A stretch of 64,000 bases of DNA from an uncultured virus (IMG/VR IMGVR_UViG_3300046791_000665) (Duplodnaviria; Heunggongvirae; Uroviricota; Caudoviricetes). The translations under genes and the position numbers were made by a program. Of the stretch, positions 40,271 to 50,271 are shown one piece after another. Location: IMG/VR virus record IMGVR_UViG_3300046791_000665. The stretch is one strand, 5' to 3'. Within the stretch, counting starts at the first letter, position 1, and every line of letters begins with the position of its first letter. The notes beneath the pieces are model-generated. The model was given only the letters and a program-made list of their open reading frames with translations. It was not told the origin of the DNA and did no database searches.

Positions 40271-40348
40271 TAAGTACTTGATATCATTACGTTCTTAGTT
40301 GGGTGTTTTTTAGTTGACAAGTAACACGCGAGGACGTAAGCTGTATCC
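40271..40348 (+). promoter_or_regulatory. repeated promoter cassette, copy 3 (drives 40349-40672)
   Basis: Near-identical to 38122-38179; TTGACA-N17-TAAGCT-N6-ATG. Confidence 0.85.
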
Positions 40349-40660
40349 ATGAACGCTGCAGATGCCAAGGAGAGCGCCATGGAGAAGCCCGCCACCCGCC
40401 AGATCCCCCTCGCGACGAAGTACGGCCCGACGCTGCTCAGCATGAGCAACGAGACGCGCGCCTACACGCACGCGACGCACAACGTCGGGTCGAAAATGGA
40501 CGTCGACGGTATTACGTGCTCCGTTCGCGTCGGTCTGCAGGTGGTCGATGGTAAATGGGTGGTGAGCCGCACCGAAGCCGGTAACGAGTCGCTCGCTTCC
40601 CTGGACGTGCGCGTGCCGAGCCCTCACAGCCAAGATCTCCATCCCGCAGCGCTCTTCCAT

Positions 40661-40825
40661 CGGGTCTCCTAAAGAAATGCCGTCTCTCCGACTGCCAAGC
40701 CTAGTTGTCCGTTTCCCAGCGCCGGTACTTAGGACGCAGCGGCTTTCCGCGGTTGGGCTCGGTTCCCCGCCAAAGCAGTTCCCCTGCCCAAACAAAACCC
40801 TAACTTACTCCGAAACGGGTGTCAA
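40661..40825 (-). promoter_or_regulatory. promoter plus ~130 nt structured leader
   Basis: TTGACA(40825)-N17-TAGGGT, several GGA-containing hairpins, then AGGAG-N5-ATG at 40660. Confidence 0.5.
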
Positions 40826-40841
40826 CGGATAAGAAGCCTTA

Positions 40842-41186
40842 TCACGGCTCCGACGGTAACTGACGCAACAACTTCACCAACGGTTGACCGGAGAAGCACG
40901 GCAAGCAGATGTCATGCCCGGCGCTACCGACGAAGAACTGCTTGACGCTCGACACCTCGGATTTGCACGCCGAACACTCGTAGCGCACGGCATTCTTCGC
41001 CTGGGATTCCGTCTTCAATGCCGCGATGATGCGTTCCAGTGTCCACTCCTGATGTGCAAGGCAGACGTCGAACGACACCGACTTTCCGTCTCCGCTCTTG
41101 GGCGCTACCGTGAGCGTCAGTCCAGGCGGTGCAGGAATATCTTTACAATCCATTACAGAACACACGCGTTTAGGTTGTCGAATCAT
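40842..41186 (-). CDS. Cys-rich hypothetical protein (ClpX-ZBD-like C-terminus)
   Basis: CSAC...DICLPC; GGAGG SD inside the junction repeat. Confidence 0.6.
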   Translation of the reverse strand: MIRQPKRVCSVMDCKDIPAPPGLTLTVAPKSGDGKSVSFDVCLAHQEWTLERIIAALKTESQAKNAVRYECSACKSEVSSVKQFFVGSAGHDICLPCFSGQPLVKLLRQLPSEP

Positions 41187-41233
41187 CGTTTTCTCCTCCA
41201 AAACCGATTATTATCGGACGGCCCGTCGAGAAC

Positions 41234-41965
41234 CTAGATCAGCGCTCGCAAGCGTGCCTCGGCCTTACGCAACGCTCGAGAACGCTCCTCAGCGAATCGT
41301 TTTTCGTCGAGGTCATCGTGCGAAGCACCGCTATCGATCTCCGCCCGTGCCATGTCACCTAGCATATCAGCCAACGCAGCCGAAGCAGGTACAGACACAT
41401 TCTCGAATCGCACTTCCATCCCGCCGTCGCGTACCTCGACGATTCGGACAAGGTCGCCGACCTTGCGTTGAGCAGCGGCATCACGCGTGATCGCCTCGCC
41501 AAGTAACTTCGCAAACCAACTCGGTGGCTTGTCGCGCTCGATCGCGAGAGGCTTTGCTTTGAACCCCGGGTGCTTCTCGCACGTCTCCATGTGCGCTCGC
41601 ATCCGAGCAGACTTTTCCTCGGTGAAGCCGGGACCGCAGAAGGCGCAGGACTCGCCAGCCGCGAAGGCTTCGTAGTCGGTCAGGGCCTTGGCAAGTTGCT
41701 CGCGGTCGCGTTCCTCTTCGGACCGCAGCCGCACGACCTCATCAGCCAAACGACGGAACGCGCCGGAGTGGTTCTCGACATAGTGCTTTTCGCAAAAGCC
41801 CTCGGGGCTCATGTTGAACGAGAGAGCCTCCTCCTTGCACCCACCAGCCGAGCAGCGTATCTCATCGGCATCCGTCGGCGACAAGAAGAACCGCGAACAA
41901 TTCTCGCACTTGCCCGTGTTCGGATTCCACTGTCGATCTCGAAATTCGCAGTCGCAAGCGTTCAT
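41234..41965 (-). CDS. hypothetical protein
   Basis: CAFC...HMETCEKHP; SD inside the junction repeat. Confidence 0.6.
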   Translation of the reverse strand: MNACDCEFRDRQWNPNTGKCENCSRFFLSPTDADEIRCSAGGCKEEALSFNMSPEGFCEKHYVENHSGAFRRLADEVVRLRSEEERDREQLAKALTDYEAFAAGESCAFCGPGFTEEKSARMRAHMETCEKHPGFKAKPLAIERDKPPSWFAKLLGEAITRDAAAQRKVGDLVRIVEVRDGGMEVRFENVSVPASAALADMLGDMARAEIDSGASHDDLDEKRFAEERSRALRKAEARLRALI

Positions 41966-42208
41966 GTTTTCCTCCAAAACCGACAAGTTATCGGACGGCT
42001 CGACGAGAACTTCCGCTCATTTTTCCGACTCCGCACCAGGGTACTTCAAGTAGACCGCACCGCCACGCCCAATATGGTGCCCTGCCGGTTGCCTCCGGTT
42101 GCAGCGCCCAGCTTGTTCATGTGAACGATGCGAACAGCCTCGGTCGCAGACGTAGAACGTCACGCGGCGGCCCGCCTTGTCCTTGGTTTCTACCTTGTCG
42201 ATCGCCAT

Positions 42209-42766
42209 TTACTTCTTCCTCCGCCGCTCCGACAACTTCTTCGCGCACCCGGCACAACGCCACGTCTTCCCCTCGACTTTGTCACCACACTGCGTGCAGA
42301 GCCCCGCCGCCTTCCGCCGCTCGATCTTCTCCGCCGACAACTTCCGCTCCTTGTTCAGGCACGTCTCGCACTTTTTCCTGCCCGACTTCGGCTTCGCGAC
42401 CTCGCACTTCGGGCACAAGTCGAGCGCGGCAACGGCATGACGACGCTGTTTGTTGTACCGTCGGATGTCGCTGTACTCGAGCCCGGTCAGACGCGCGATG
42501 CGGACCGTTCGACCGGGAAGTGGACCGTGGCCGCCGATGGCAAGCCAGCGCAAACGAGCTTCAACCTTGTCCTCGTCGTGCAGGTTCGAGAGTTGAATCG
42601 GCCATGCCGGATGGTTCTTGAAGAATCGGCGCTCCTTCGCCTTGGCGACAGCCAACCAGTGATAGGCGACACGCGCTTCATCTCGACGATCTTCCATGCG
42701 AGCGCCGCGACCATCGGCGAGGTCGAACTCCTCGGCGATCTCGTCCTGTAAATCGTCCCAGGGCAT
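42209..42766 (-). CDS. Zn-finger repeat protein
   Basis: LCPKC...KCETC; GLCTQCG...CAGC. Confidence 0.6.
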   Translation of the reverse strand: MPWDDLQDEIAEEFDLADGRGARMEDRRDEARVAYHWLAVAKAKERRFFKNHPAWPIQLSNLHDEDKVEARLRWLAIGGHGPLPGRTVRIARLTGLEYSDIRRYNKQRRHAVAALDLCPKCEVAKPKSGRKKCETCLNKERKLSAEKIERRKAAGLCTQCGDKVEGKTWRCAGCAKKLSERRRKK

Positions 42767-43002
42767 CTACCTATCGAAAAATTCGACCCCCCATAGCGTC
42801 GAGCCATCCTTCCTCTTGTTGCACAGGCTCACCTTTGGTAATTCGCTCCAGCGCGACACGCACCTCGGGGCTTATGAGATAAGCCGGTTGCTGTTTCATC
42901 CTTCGCGTCGCTTCATCCATAATTTTCTGCAACTCTTCTTGTTTCATCACCATTTCCTCTCGAACTGACAAGTGCCGTTATCGGACGGCTCGACGAGAAC
43001 GT

Positions 43003-44172
43003 CTACTTCTTTTTCAACGAGAAAAAGTGCTTGGTGTCTTCTTCCGCCTTCCCGTCCGCGAGCAATTTCTGAAGAGCCCCTCGCGCAGATGCCACCGTCA
43101 CTTCAGAACCTTCAGCTACTTCCTTGGCTTTGAAACTCTTTTCGGGGTTTTTGCCCAAAAACGCATAGACCGCTTCGTAAGAGGCACCTTTCTTCCGCTT
43201 CTTGCTCGACGAAACTTCCTCCTCTTGTTGCTCTACGTCATCCCGCGACGGCCAAAGGTCTCGGCACTCACTCGTTAGTATCACGATCTTATCGTCGAGA
43301 ACTTTGCGTTCTGCGTTGAGTTTTACAATCTCTTCAACCTTCTTGAAATACCGTTGTTCGGACATCAGCGCCTCCTCTTGAATTTTCGGACGTATCAAAA
43401 ATTCTGTTTTCGGTGCCCAGCCCTTACGATCGGAGCCACTGATCGAAGACCTCGTCTCGATCTCGATTATGGCGGACGTAGGATAGATTTCGCGAATCTC
43501 CATGCATCCGTCATACGACAAAAGCCAATTGCGCCTTCGCACCAACATTTCAGCAAGAGTCACATGCTCTTCCTTGGACATTCCAACTGGGTAGAGAATG
43601 TTGCCCTTGTGGTAATAGGGAGGGTCAAGATAGACAAACGTGTCTTGTGACACTACAGCTAAAAGATTCTGAAAATGCAGGGCTGTTGTCTTCAACCTCC
43701 CGCGCATGAGAGTTATCAGCGCCATTACACCCGCTTTGATCTTGTCGGCGTTGTATCGACATCCGACAGCCCACTTACTTTTCTGCCCCTTACCGCCAAT
43801 CGGTCCAGCCGTCGAGATACCGGAAAAGGTGGTGCGATTAAAAAATATCGTGTGGTACGCCCTCCCCACACGATCACTACCATCAGTTCCAGTGCTACGC
43901 AGTTCGTTGAACAGGTCGATGGAGGGTTTTCTATCGACGAGCTTCAGCAGTTCGTCCACATCGTTGCCAGGGCAACTGATGATGTCCCAGAACGCCGCTA
44001 CGTTCTTGTCGTAGTCATTGGCGTGAAGTTGCAGACTCGGATACCTCTCCGCCATGGCACACAACACGGAGCCTCCCCCGACGAACGCATCACAAAACCT
44101 GTCGGTCTGCGTAATGCGTGGGAGGATCTCTTCCAGTAGGCGACTTTTGCCGCCTGGGTAGCGAAAGATCAT
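43003..44172 (-). CDS. D12-class DNA adenine methylase with in-frame C-terminal winged-HTH
   Basis: RYPGGKS, DAFVGGGSV, FFNRTTFSG, YLDPPY, WLLSYD; internal SD and ATG at 43365. Confidence 0.88.
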   Translation of the reverse strand: MIFRYPGGKSRLLEEILPRITQTDRFCDAFVGGGSVLCAMAERYPSLQLHANDYDKNVAAFWDIISCPGNDVDELLKLVDRKPSIDLFNELRSTGTDGSDRVGRAYHTIFFNRTTFSGISTAGPIGGKGQKSKWAVGCRYNADKIKAGVMALITLMRGRLKTTALHFQNLLAVVSQDTFVYLDPPYYHKGNILYPVGMSKEEHVTLAEMLVRRRNWLLSYDGCMEIREIYPTSAIIEIETRSSISGSDRKGWAPKTEFLIRPKIQEEALMSEQRYFKKVEEIVKLNAERKVLDDKIVILTSECRDLWPSRDDVEQQEEEVSSSKKRKKGASYEAVYAFLGKNPEKSFKAKEVAEGSEVTVASARGALQKLLADGKAEEDTKHFFSLKKK

Positions 44173-44708
44173 TTATCCGACGGTGTGGCGGCCGGCGGGG
44201 GCAGCAGAAGCGCCTGGAAGGACTCGTTGTTGATCGACGCCAGCAAACGCGATGCCGTCTTGTTGTACCAGTCCTTGTAGGGCTTGTTCTCGGGCGTATT
44301 GGGGATTTTGTCCGGATCCATGATGAGAGCGGCGGTATCCACGTACCCCTTCTGCGCACTACGCATCACGATCTGCTTCTTCGTCAAGCAGTTCTTCAGG
44401 ACGTCGACATCGTCGACGGAGGCGCGAACACCGACGCCGATCTCCGTAACCAACCCCCGCTTGAACATGTCCTGAAGCTTGTGTCGGACCCCACTCATCG
44501 AGCTACGAATCGACTCGACCTCCTTCGAGTTCATCGCCGGGGTACGATCATAACCATTCACCGCTCGGCAGATCTCATTGTGCGGGATCAGGTCGTACGG
44601 CAGGTGCTTGGCCGCCCAATCGAGAAAATGCGCGATCCGCATCAGCCTCGACCACTTGGTGTCGAACTTGTAATCGCTCAATACGTTCTTACGGGAGTTC
44701 TTACCCAT
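44169..44708 (-). CDS. hypothetical protein
   Basis: Coupled to both neighbours. Confidence 0.65.
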   Translation of the reverse strand: MGKNSRKNVLSDYKFDTKWSRLMRIAHFLDWAAKHLPYDLIPHNEICRAVNGYDRTPAMNSKEVESIRSSMSGVRHKLQDMFKRGLVTEIGVGVRASVDDVDVLKNCLTKKQIVMRSAQKGYVDTAALIMDPDKIPNTPENKPYKDWYNKTASRLLASINNESFQALLLPPPAATPSDK

Positions 44709-46344
44709 TCGCTTCTCCTTGAGGCGCCTCAGCAGCGCGTTTGCGGTCGATGTAGTTCTCGATCAGGTCGTATGCCTCGAGCACAGCTTGGTAACGCTCA
44801 GGTGAACCGCCGCCACCGTGCAAATCCGGGTGATAGGCCCGAGTCAACCGCTTCTTCTGAAGCCGCGCTCGCGCCAGATATTTGTCCAGTGCTTTCAAAC
44901 GCGCTGCCGGGTCTGCCCGCTTTTTCGGATCCGGATCATCTTTGAACGTCGCCATGCACAGTGTTCGACAAGCCTCTGGTACTTTTCTCTCGTTGACTTT
45001 TTTGTTATGATCTCGCCCCTGTGAAGCGGCATGTGAGATTTTCGACTGATACTGATCGAGTAGCACTTTCAAATCGCACTCGAACCTCTTGCTCAGTGTA
45101 TCCGCCAGCATCGTGTCGCTCATATCCCGCAAACGAAACGCGAAATCGTCCATGATCAACTTCTTGATGTGTCCCCACACAGCGCGTGTGCCTACAACCA
45201 CTTCCTGCTCTTGCGGCTGCACTCGCACTGGCTTTCGCTGTGTACCGACGGGCTCAGAGAGCACCTCTTCGACGCACTCGATAAGCGTCCTATCGTTCGT
45301 CTGCGAACGAGAACGTGCCCGTCTGATAACGCGAATGGCGCCTTCAAGCGTCAAATCCTTCGCTTGCTCCATCCTATCCCAGAGCGGGACAGCCGCCGCG
45401 CCGAGGTTGTATAGTTGAGCCCGACATTCCAAGCTGTCGCTGGATACACCGAGAAGTTTAGCAAGAGGCGTACGTCTCCCATGAGTTTCGCCATCCCGCT
45501 TGTAACAACCACGCACCAAATCCCATAGTTCTACTTCGGCTTTTGCACGCTGACGTTCGGTCCACAGAGACGATGCGCGTTCGTATTCTGCGATTCGCCG
45601 CTTCGCCTCGTCCGGTACATCAAGTACACTATCTCTCTGGTGTTCCTGAAGTTGTTTGACAATGCTGTCTTTCACATCAAGAGACAGACGAGCCTTCCGC
45701 GCAATGTTACAAGCAGCACGAGAAGGAAGCCCTGCTTGCCACAGTATTTCTGCCGCTTCCACGTCAAGCGCTCGTACTGCGGCGCGCTCCTTCAGCCCGT
45801 GTACGCCAACACCGAGAATCTCACTGAGGCGTTCTTCCCACGGACCAGTACCACGTCCACACACGAGTGCTCGTAGTGCAGCCTCGGCATCAGCACGCTG
45901 GTGCTCTGTCCAAGCAGTAGAACTATTCTTGTACTCTTCGATTTTGTGCTGTTCGTCGTCGCTCATTGCGCCTCGTTCAAGCGAAGAGTTCTTGAGATAA
46001 CTTGAGAGCAGTTGTTCGGTATCCCGCGCTGTAGGTGCCTCATTTGCAACCAGAAGCTCCTGAGCAATTTGAGACGCGCTGGAAAGCGAGAGATCACCTT
46101 CGATTTCCATACGACTCCACAAAGGGGTCGCCGCTTCTCCGAGCCTCAAAATCGTTAAACGACGATGCGCTGCAATGCCGCTGACCCCCAAAGCTGCATG
46201 AAGACGATCTCGCTGACGACCCACAAAAGCATCTGACGTTCCGATGACACTTGAAATTTTTGCTTCAGCCGTAGCTCGACGCTGTTCCGTCCAATGCTCG
46301 CCATCTCGACGATACTCGTCAATTAGCTGCTGCACATCTTGCAT
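44701..46344 (-). CDS. protein with three ParB-HTH-like repeats and C-terminal J-domain
   Basis: 3x EY..WTE.xRAxAE...LGV...LW; RAYHPDLHGG...YQAVLEAY. Confidence 0.7.
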   Translation of the reverse strand: MQDVQQLIDEYRRDGEHWTEQRRATAEAKISSVIGTSDAFVGRQRDRLHAALGVSGIAAHRRLTILRLGEAATPLWSRMEIEGDLSLSSASQIAQELLVANEAPTARDTEQLLSSYLKNSSLERGAMSDDEQHKIEEYKNSSTAWTEHQRADAEAALRALVCGRGTGPWEERLSEILGVGVHGLKERAAVRALDVEAAEILWQAGLPSRAACNIARKARLSLDVKDSIVKQLQEHQRDSVLDVPDEAKRRIAEYERASSLWTERQRAKAEVELWDLVRGCYKRDGETHGRRTPLAKLLGVSSDSLECRAQLYNLGAAAVPLWDRMEQAKDLTLEGAIRVIRRARSRSQTNDRTLIECVEEVLSEPVGTQRKPVRVQPQEQEVVVGTRAVWGHIKKLIMDDFAFRLRDMSDTMLADTLSKRFECDLKVLLDQYQSKISHAASQGRDHNKKVNERKVPEACRTLCMATFKDDPDPKKRADPAARLKALDKYLARARLQKKRLTRAYHPDLHGGGGSPERYQAVLEAYDLIENYIDRKRAAEAPQGEANG

Positions 46345-46910
46345 TACGGCACTCCAAAACCAGGAGGTGGAAGAGGAGGCGGGGAAGATGAGGCAGGCGA
46401 GAGCTTCCCGATCGCGTCAAGAGCGAGATCCATGAACGACCGAACATCCTTTTCAAAAACCTGCTGTCTAGTCTCCATGGCGGAGATCCGCTCGCGCATG
46501 TACACGATGTTTTCGATCGTCGCTGCTAGCAGCGCAAGTATTTGTCGCTGCATTTCATCCGATGAAGGGGGCGAAGATAGTTCCGGCGACACGGTTTCGA
46601 CATCGGAGGGCACATCAAGAACGTCTTGCTGAGGCCACAGGAATCTCGAAAGTGCAACCTCGTCCTCGATCAGATCCCCTACACCTGCCGGACCTTCAGC
46701 ATAGAGAACTCGTCCCTTACTACCCACTCGTGCAATTCGTCCGACATCTTGAAATTTACGAAGCACTCCAAGTTGCCAGCTTTCCGATCCGTTGCCTTCG
46801 CCGAACAGGTCGAGCCGTTCGATCTCGGGACGGAGTTCAGAAATATCTACTCGTTGCAGCTTCTTCAAAACGCCGCGCACGAGTTTGATTCGCCACTCTC
46901 GAGATCGCAT
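46344..46910 (-). CDS. hypothetical protein (possible wHTH)
   Basis: TAATG coupling to the J-domain gene. Confidence 0.6.
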   Translation of the reverse strand: MRSREWRIKLVRGVLKKLQRVDISELRPEIERLDLFGEGNGSESWQLGVLRKFQDVGRIARVGSKGRVLYAEGPAGVGDLIEDEVALSRFLWPQQDVLDVPSDVETVSPELSSPPSSDEMQRQILALLAATIENIVYMRERISAMETRQQVFEKDVRSFMDLALDAIGKLSPASSSPPPLPPPGFGVP

Positions 46911-46914
46911 CGAA

Positions 46915-47088
46915 TTACTCTACGGACGAGGGAGGAGCTACCAGCTTCAACTTCTTCGCCGCCGCTTCCACGCGCTCGCGCACGAGCTTGGGCGACTTCT
47001 CACCAGCGTAGATGCGTTTGACCGTGCGAGGATCGACGGCTGCCTCCCCGGCGACCTGGAGTACCTGCTGCTGTGTCAACTTAGCCAT
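46915..47088 (-). CDS. small LacI-type HTH protein (leaderless)
   Basis: VLQVAGEAAVDPRTVKRIYAG...RERVEAAAKKL; TTGACA-N18-TACACC-N7-ATG. Confidence 0.65.
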   Translation of the reverse strand: MAKLTQQQVLQVAGEAAVDPRTVKRIYAGEKSPKLVRERVEAAAKKLKLVAPPSSVE

Positions 47089-47170
47089 GCGACAAGGTGT
47101 AGCAGACTTGCTCAGGATGTGTCAAGGATTTACATGAGTATCAAGAAAATAACCATGCTAGAATTCTCCC

Positions 47171-47401
47171 ATGGCGACCAAGAACGTGATCCTGATCTGC
47201 CATCCTGCGGGCGAACGCCCGTTCAAGACGACCCGAGCCAAACTCCTTCGTGACAACGCCCACGACGAGTGGGTGGTCGACGAGGTGAAAGCACTCAAGC
47301 CGGGGCAGTCGGTACAACTCGGTGGCGGAGCGCAACCAGGGTTCGTGGTGACGCGGGCGGGCACGTCCAAGAAGAAACGTCGCCGCAAGTCCCGCCGCTG
47401 A
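47171..47401 (+). CDS. divergent small leaderless gene
   Basis: Extended -10 TGcTAGAAT-N6-ATG; VQLGGGAQPGF. Confidence 0.6.
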   Translation: MATKNVILICHPAGERPFKTTRAKLLRDNAHDEWVVDEVKALKPGQSVQLGGGAQPGFVVTRAGTSKKKRRRKSRR

Positions 47402-47447
47402 TTTCCCCTCCCGAATTACCAAACCACCTCAAAACGGATAACTAGCG

Positions 47448-49045
47448 TTATCGAGTCAGCGACGAGGAGTTATTCAGTCGCTCGTCATCGATTCGATACA
47501 TTCCGGTCCTCGTACGCGCGGTAAAAAACGACTCGATCTCGCCATCGATTTCTAACTCGACACGATGCTCTGAATGGCTCTCGTTCACTCCTACCAGTGC
47601 CCCATCGAATCCTCGCGGAAGCCCGCGGCGACTCAGGAAGGCGCCGCAACGCCCTGTGCACTGCAAGTCGCTGTGTTCAAGATCGCGACGATATCGGCGC
47701 AAGTTCTCCTCCTCGTTACAATAGCGTTATCGAGTCACCGACGGAACTTCAACCACTACATATCGACGGCCGCGAATATCTGACGCGGAATATTCGAGCA
47801 CCGGCTTTCCGTCACATGGCGGATACCAGCCGCCCGGTGGAGGTTCGCCTGTCTGTTGAAATCTCATCGTCAAGCGCCACGAACAGTCTTTGCAGTGCAA
47901 TACGCCACCGTGTTCGTACCAGAATGAGGGCTTGTAGAATTCCGCAAGCTCACCCCATCCCGGCAGATCTCCTGGAGTCCACGCCGACCGCCGACCGCAA
48001 CCTCCGCACGTCCACCATGTCCCCGATGGCGATGGCGGCACGATCGCTATACTCAAGCGATCGAATGTCAGGAACACCTTGCGGCGTCGTTCCACAAACG
48101 GCCAACGCGTCGTCACCCATGGCGACCGCTCGTTCATCTCAACAAGACATTGACCGATCACCTTCAAAATGTCACCAACGGTCAAATTTTTCTCCTAAAA
48201 CCGATCATTGTTATCAAGTTCTCGACGGAGCTTATTTTACTCCTCCGTCGCCCGCGACTCATTTGCCAACGGTTGCGAGAGCCTCACGTAGTTCTTCGAG
48301 TCGCTTGAACCGATCGACATGCCCCCATGGAGGAGCCATGCGAGCGAATCGATCAGCAGCCTCGACCACCGTCTGCATCCGAAGCCACTCATCGTGCGCG
48401 GCTCGGCAAGTCGGATCGCCACGTACTACCTTGAGCGCGTCAAGGGCGTCCTGTGCCCTCGTCTCGCGCGTGATGGGGTTCCTGATGGCACTTAGGGCTA
48501 GTTCAACTGCACCCATTGCTTGCGCGAGCGCGGCGCGAGTAGCGGCAGCAGCCTTCAGTGCATGGTTTCGCCAATCAATTCGATGACCGCACATGGTATC
48601 CAGGCACATCGGGCAGCACTCTGGCTGTTCACCACGTTCGCGCGTTCCACATTCGGCTTCATCGGACTTTCGTTTCAAAGTGTCCGCGAGCGCCCGCGCC
48701 TGCTGGGGCGAGAACACGATGTGCCCCACGCCGTCGGCGTCCGGTTTCAGGTCCGGGTGGTTCACCACGACCTCGCCCTTATCGTTGATGCCGACCTCCA
48801 GGTGTCCTGCGATTTTATCAGACACGTTCGAACTCCTCGACCTCGAGTGGTTCAGCGCTGTAGACCTCGTGCTGGTTGATCCAGTCCGAGAAGACTCCGT
48901 CGATATCGTGCATCTTTTCGCTGTCGAGCACCGCTTCACACTGTTTGAACTCCGCAGCGGTCATCTCGACTTCTTGGACGTACGATACCTCCTGCTTGGC
49001 GACGATGCGGACCTTGAACTTCTTCTCTGGTTTCACCTTGGGCAT
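47448..49045 (-). other. small hypothetical genes (47448-47702, 47727-48185, 48259-~48821, 48818-49045)
   Basis: SD motifs; two stops lie inside junction repeats. Confidence 0.5.
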
Positions 49046-49112
49046 TTTCTTCTCCTCAATTGACTAGAGATACTGGTTCGTGTTGATTGTATTCTTGATC
49101 GCGCGTCACCTG

Positions 49113-49688
49113 TCATCCCCACGTAGCCTCCTTCGCCCCGAAATCCGACCGCTTGAACACCGATCGAAACGCGTACCCGGCCGCGCGGATCGCCTCCGCT
49201 CCGCCCTCCTCCCGGTCCACCAGCGCGATGATCACCGGTACCTCGAACCCGAGCTTCTTCAGTGTCTCCGCGGCGGCGAGGGAGCTACTCCCGGTCGTGA
49301 CCACGTCCTCGAGCAGCGCGACCCGCGCGCCGTACTCCGCCACGCCTTCGACGAGGCGCTTGGTACCGTGGTCCTTCGCCTCCTTGCGGACGTACAGCGC
49401 GTGGAGGTTCACCGAGTGCATCGAGACGGCACTCGCGAGCGGGCAGCCACCCAGCGCCACACCAGCGACGACCTCGATATAGCAGTCGGGGTTGAACTCC
49501 TCCTCCTCCTCCTCCGCCACGATCTCGTTGTACATCACCGCCCCGACCAGCTTGTGACCCCCGCTGGTGAGCACCACCTGTTTGCAGTCGACGAAGAAGT
49601 CACTCTGCTTGCCGGAGGCGAGGGTGAAGCTGCCAAACTTCACCGCGTGCTTGCGGAGCAACTCCAAGAGATCGCTCTTCTTGCTCAT
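49113..49688 (-). CDS. pyrE: orotate phosphoribosyltransferase
   Basis: FTLASGKQSDFFVD, VRKEAKDHGT, LLEDVVTTGSS, ALVDREEGG. Confidence 0.93.
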   Translation of the reverse strand: MSKKSDLLELLRKHAVKFGSFTLASGKQSDFFVDCKQVVLTSGGHKLVGAVMYNEIVAEEEEEEFNPDCYIEVVAGVALGGCPLASAVSMHSVNLHALYVRKEAKDHGTKRLVEGVAEYGARVALLEDVVTTGSSSLAAAETLKKLGFEVPVIIALVDREEGGAEAIRAAGYAFRSVFKRSDFGAKEATWG

Positions 49689-50080
49689 CGTTTCCCCTTG
49701 CCGGTAGTGTCCGAGAAATTTGTCAGCGCCTCGACCGCGACGCGCTCCGAGTAGCCGTGGGTCTTCTTCAAATACTCGGTGATCCCCACGTCACCCATGC
49801 GGCTCGCCATGGTCACACGCACGCGCTTGCCTTTGTAGTCAGCGAAGAGCTTCGGGTTGACGCCATTCTGCTCCATGAGCATTCCGTCGATGGCCGGCAC
49901 GCGGTTCTTGTAGAGGAACCAGCGCAGGCACATAGGCGCCTTGTGATCGTGGATGTAGTCATCGCAGTGCTTTGGCTCCTTAGCGACCGGCTTGTCCGAG
50001 CCGTGGCATAAGCACGAGCACTGCTTAAACGCGCAATTTTCTTGGCAGCAACCCCAACAACGTCCTGCGATCTTATCCAT
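49685..50080 (-). CDS. phage-type hypothetical protein
   Basis: LFADYKGKRVRVTMASRMGDVGI. Confidence 0.65.
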   Translation of the reverse strand: MDKIAGRCWGCCQENCAFKQCSCLCHGSDKPVAKEPKHCDDYIHDHKAPMCLRWFLYKNRVPAIDGMLMEQNGVNPKLFADYKGKRVRVTMASRMGDVGITEYLKKTHGYSERVAVEALTNFSDTTGKGKR

Positions 50081-50271
50081 TTCGTTCCTCGGTTTCCTCC
50101 AGCGAACGGATGAACATGACGCAGACCGGCTTCTTCATTACGACCGCTGCCATTCGACAACAGACGCAGGGTTCGCCCTTGTAGCGCGGCTCGCCGCACG
50201 AGCACGACCACCCGCACTCGTCGAGTTCGGCAGCCATGATGTCCCGCATTTCAGCTTTGGTTGCCACGGGC

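Noticed and set aside
38136..40291. TCATTACG in the promoter cassettes is complementary to 8 nt of the tRNA-like loop
   Set aside because: It lies upstream of the -35 box in duplicated DNA, so it is effectively one 8-mer match and plausible by chance
41211..43000. GTTATCGGACGGCTCGACGAGAAC repeats as a CRISPR array
   Set aside because: Spacing is 0.8-1 kb with whole genes between copies, and no cas operon is present
44172..44182. TTATCCGACGG resembling the junction repeat
   Set aside because: No left arm and wrong spacing; at best a remnant, so it was not counted
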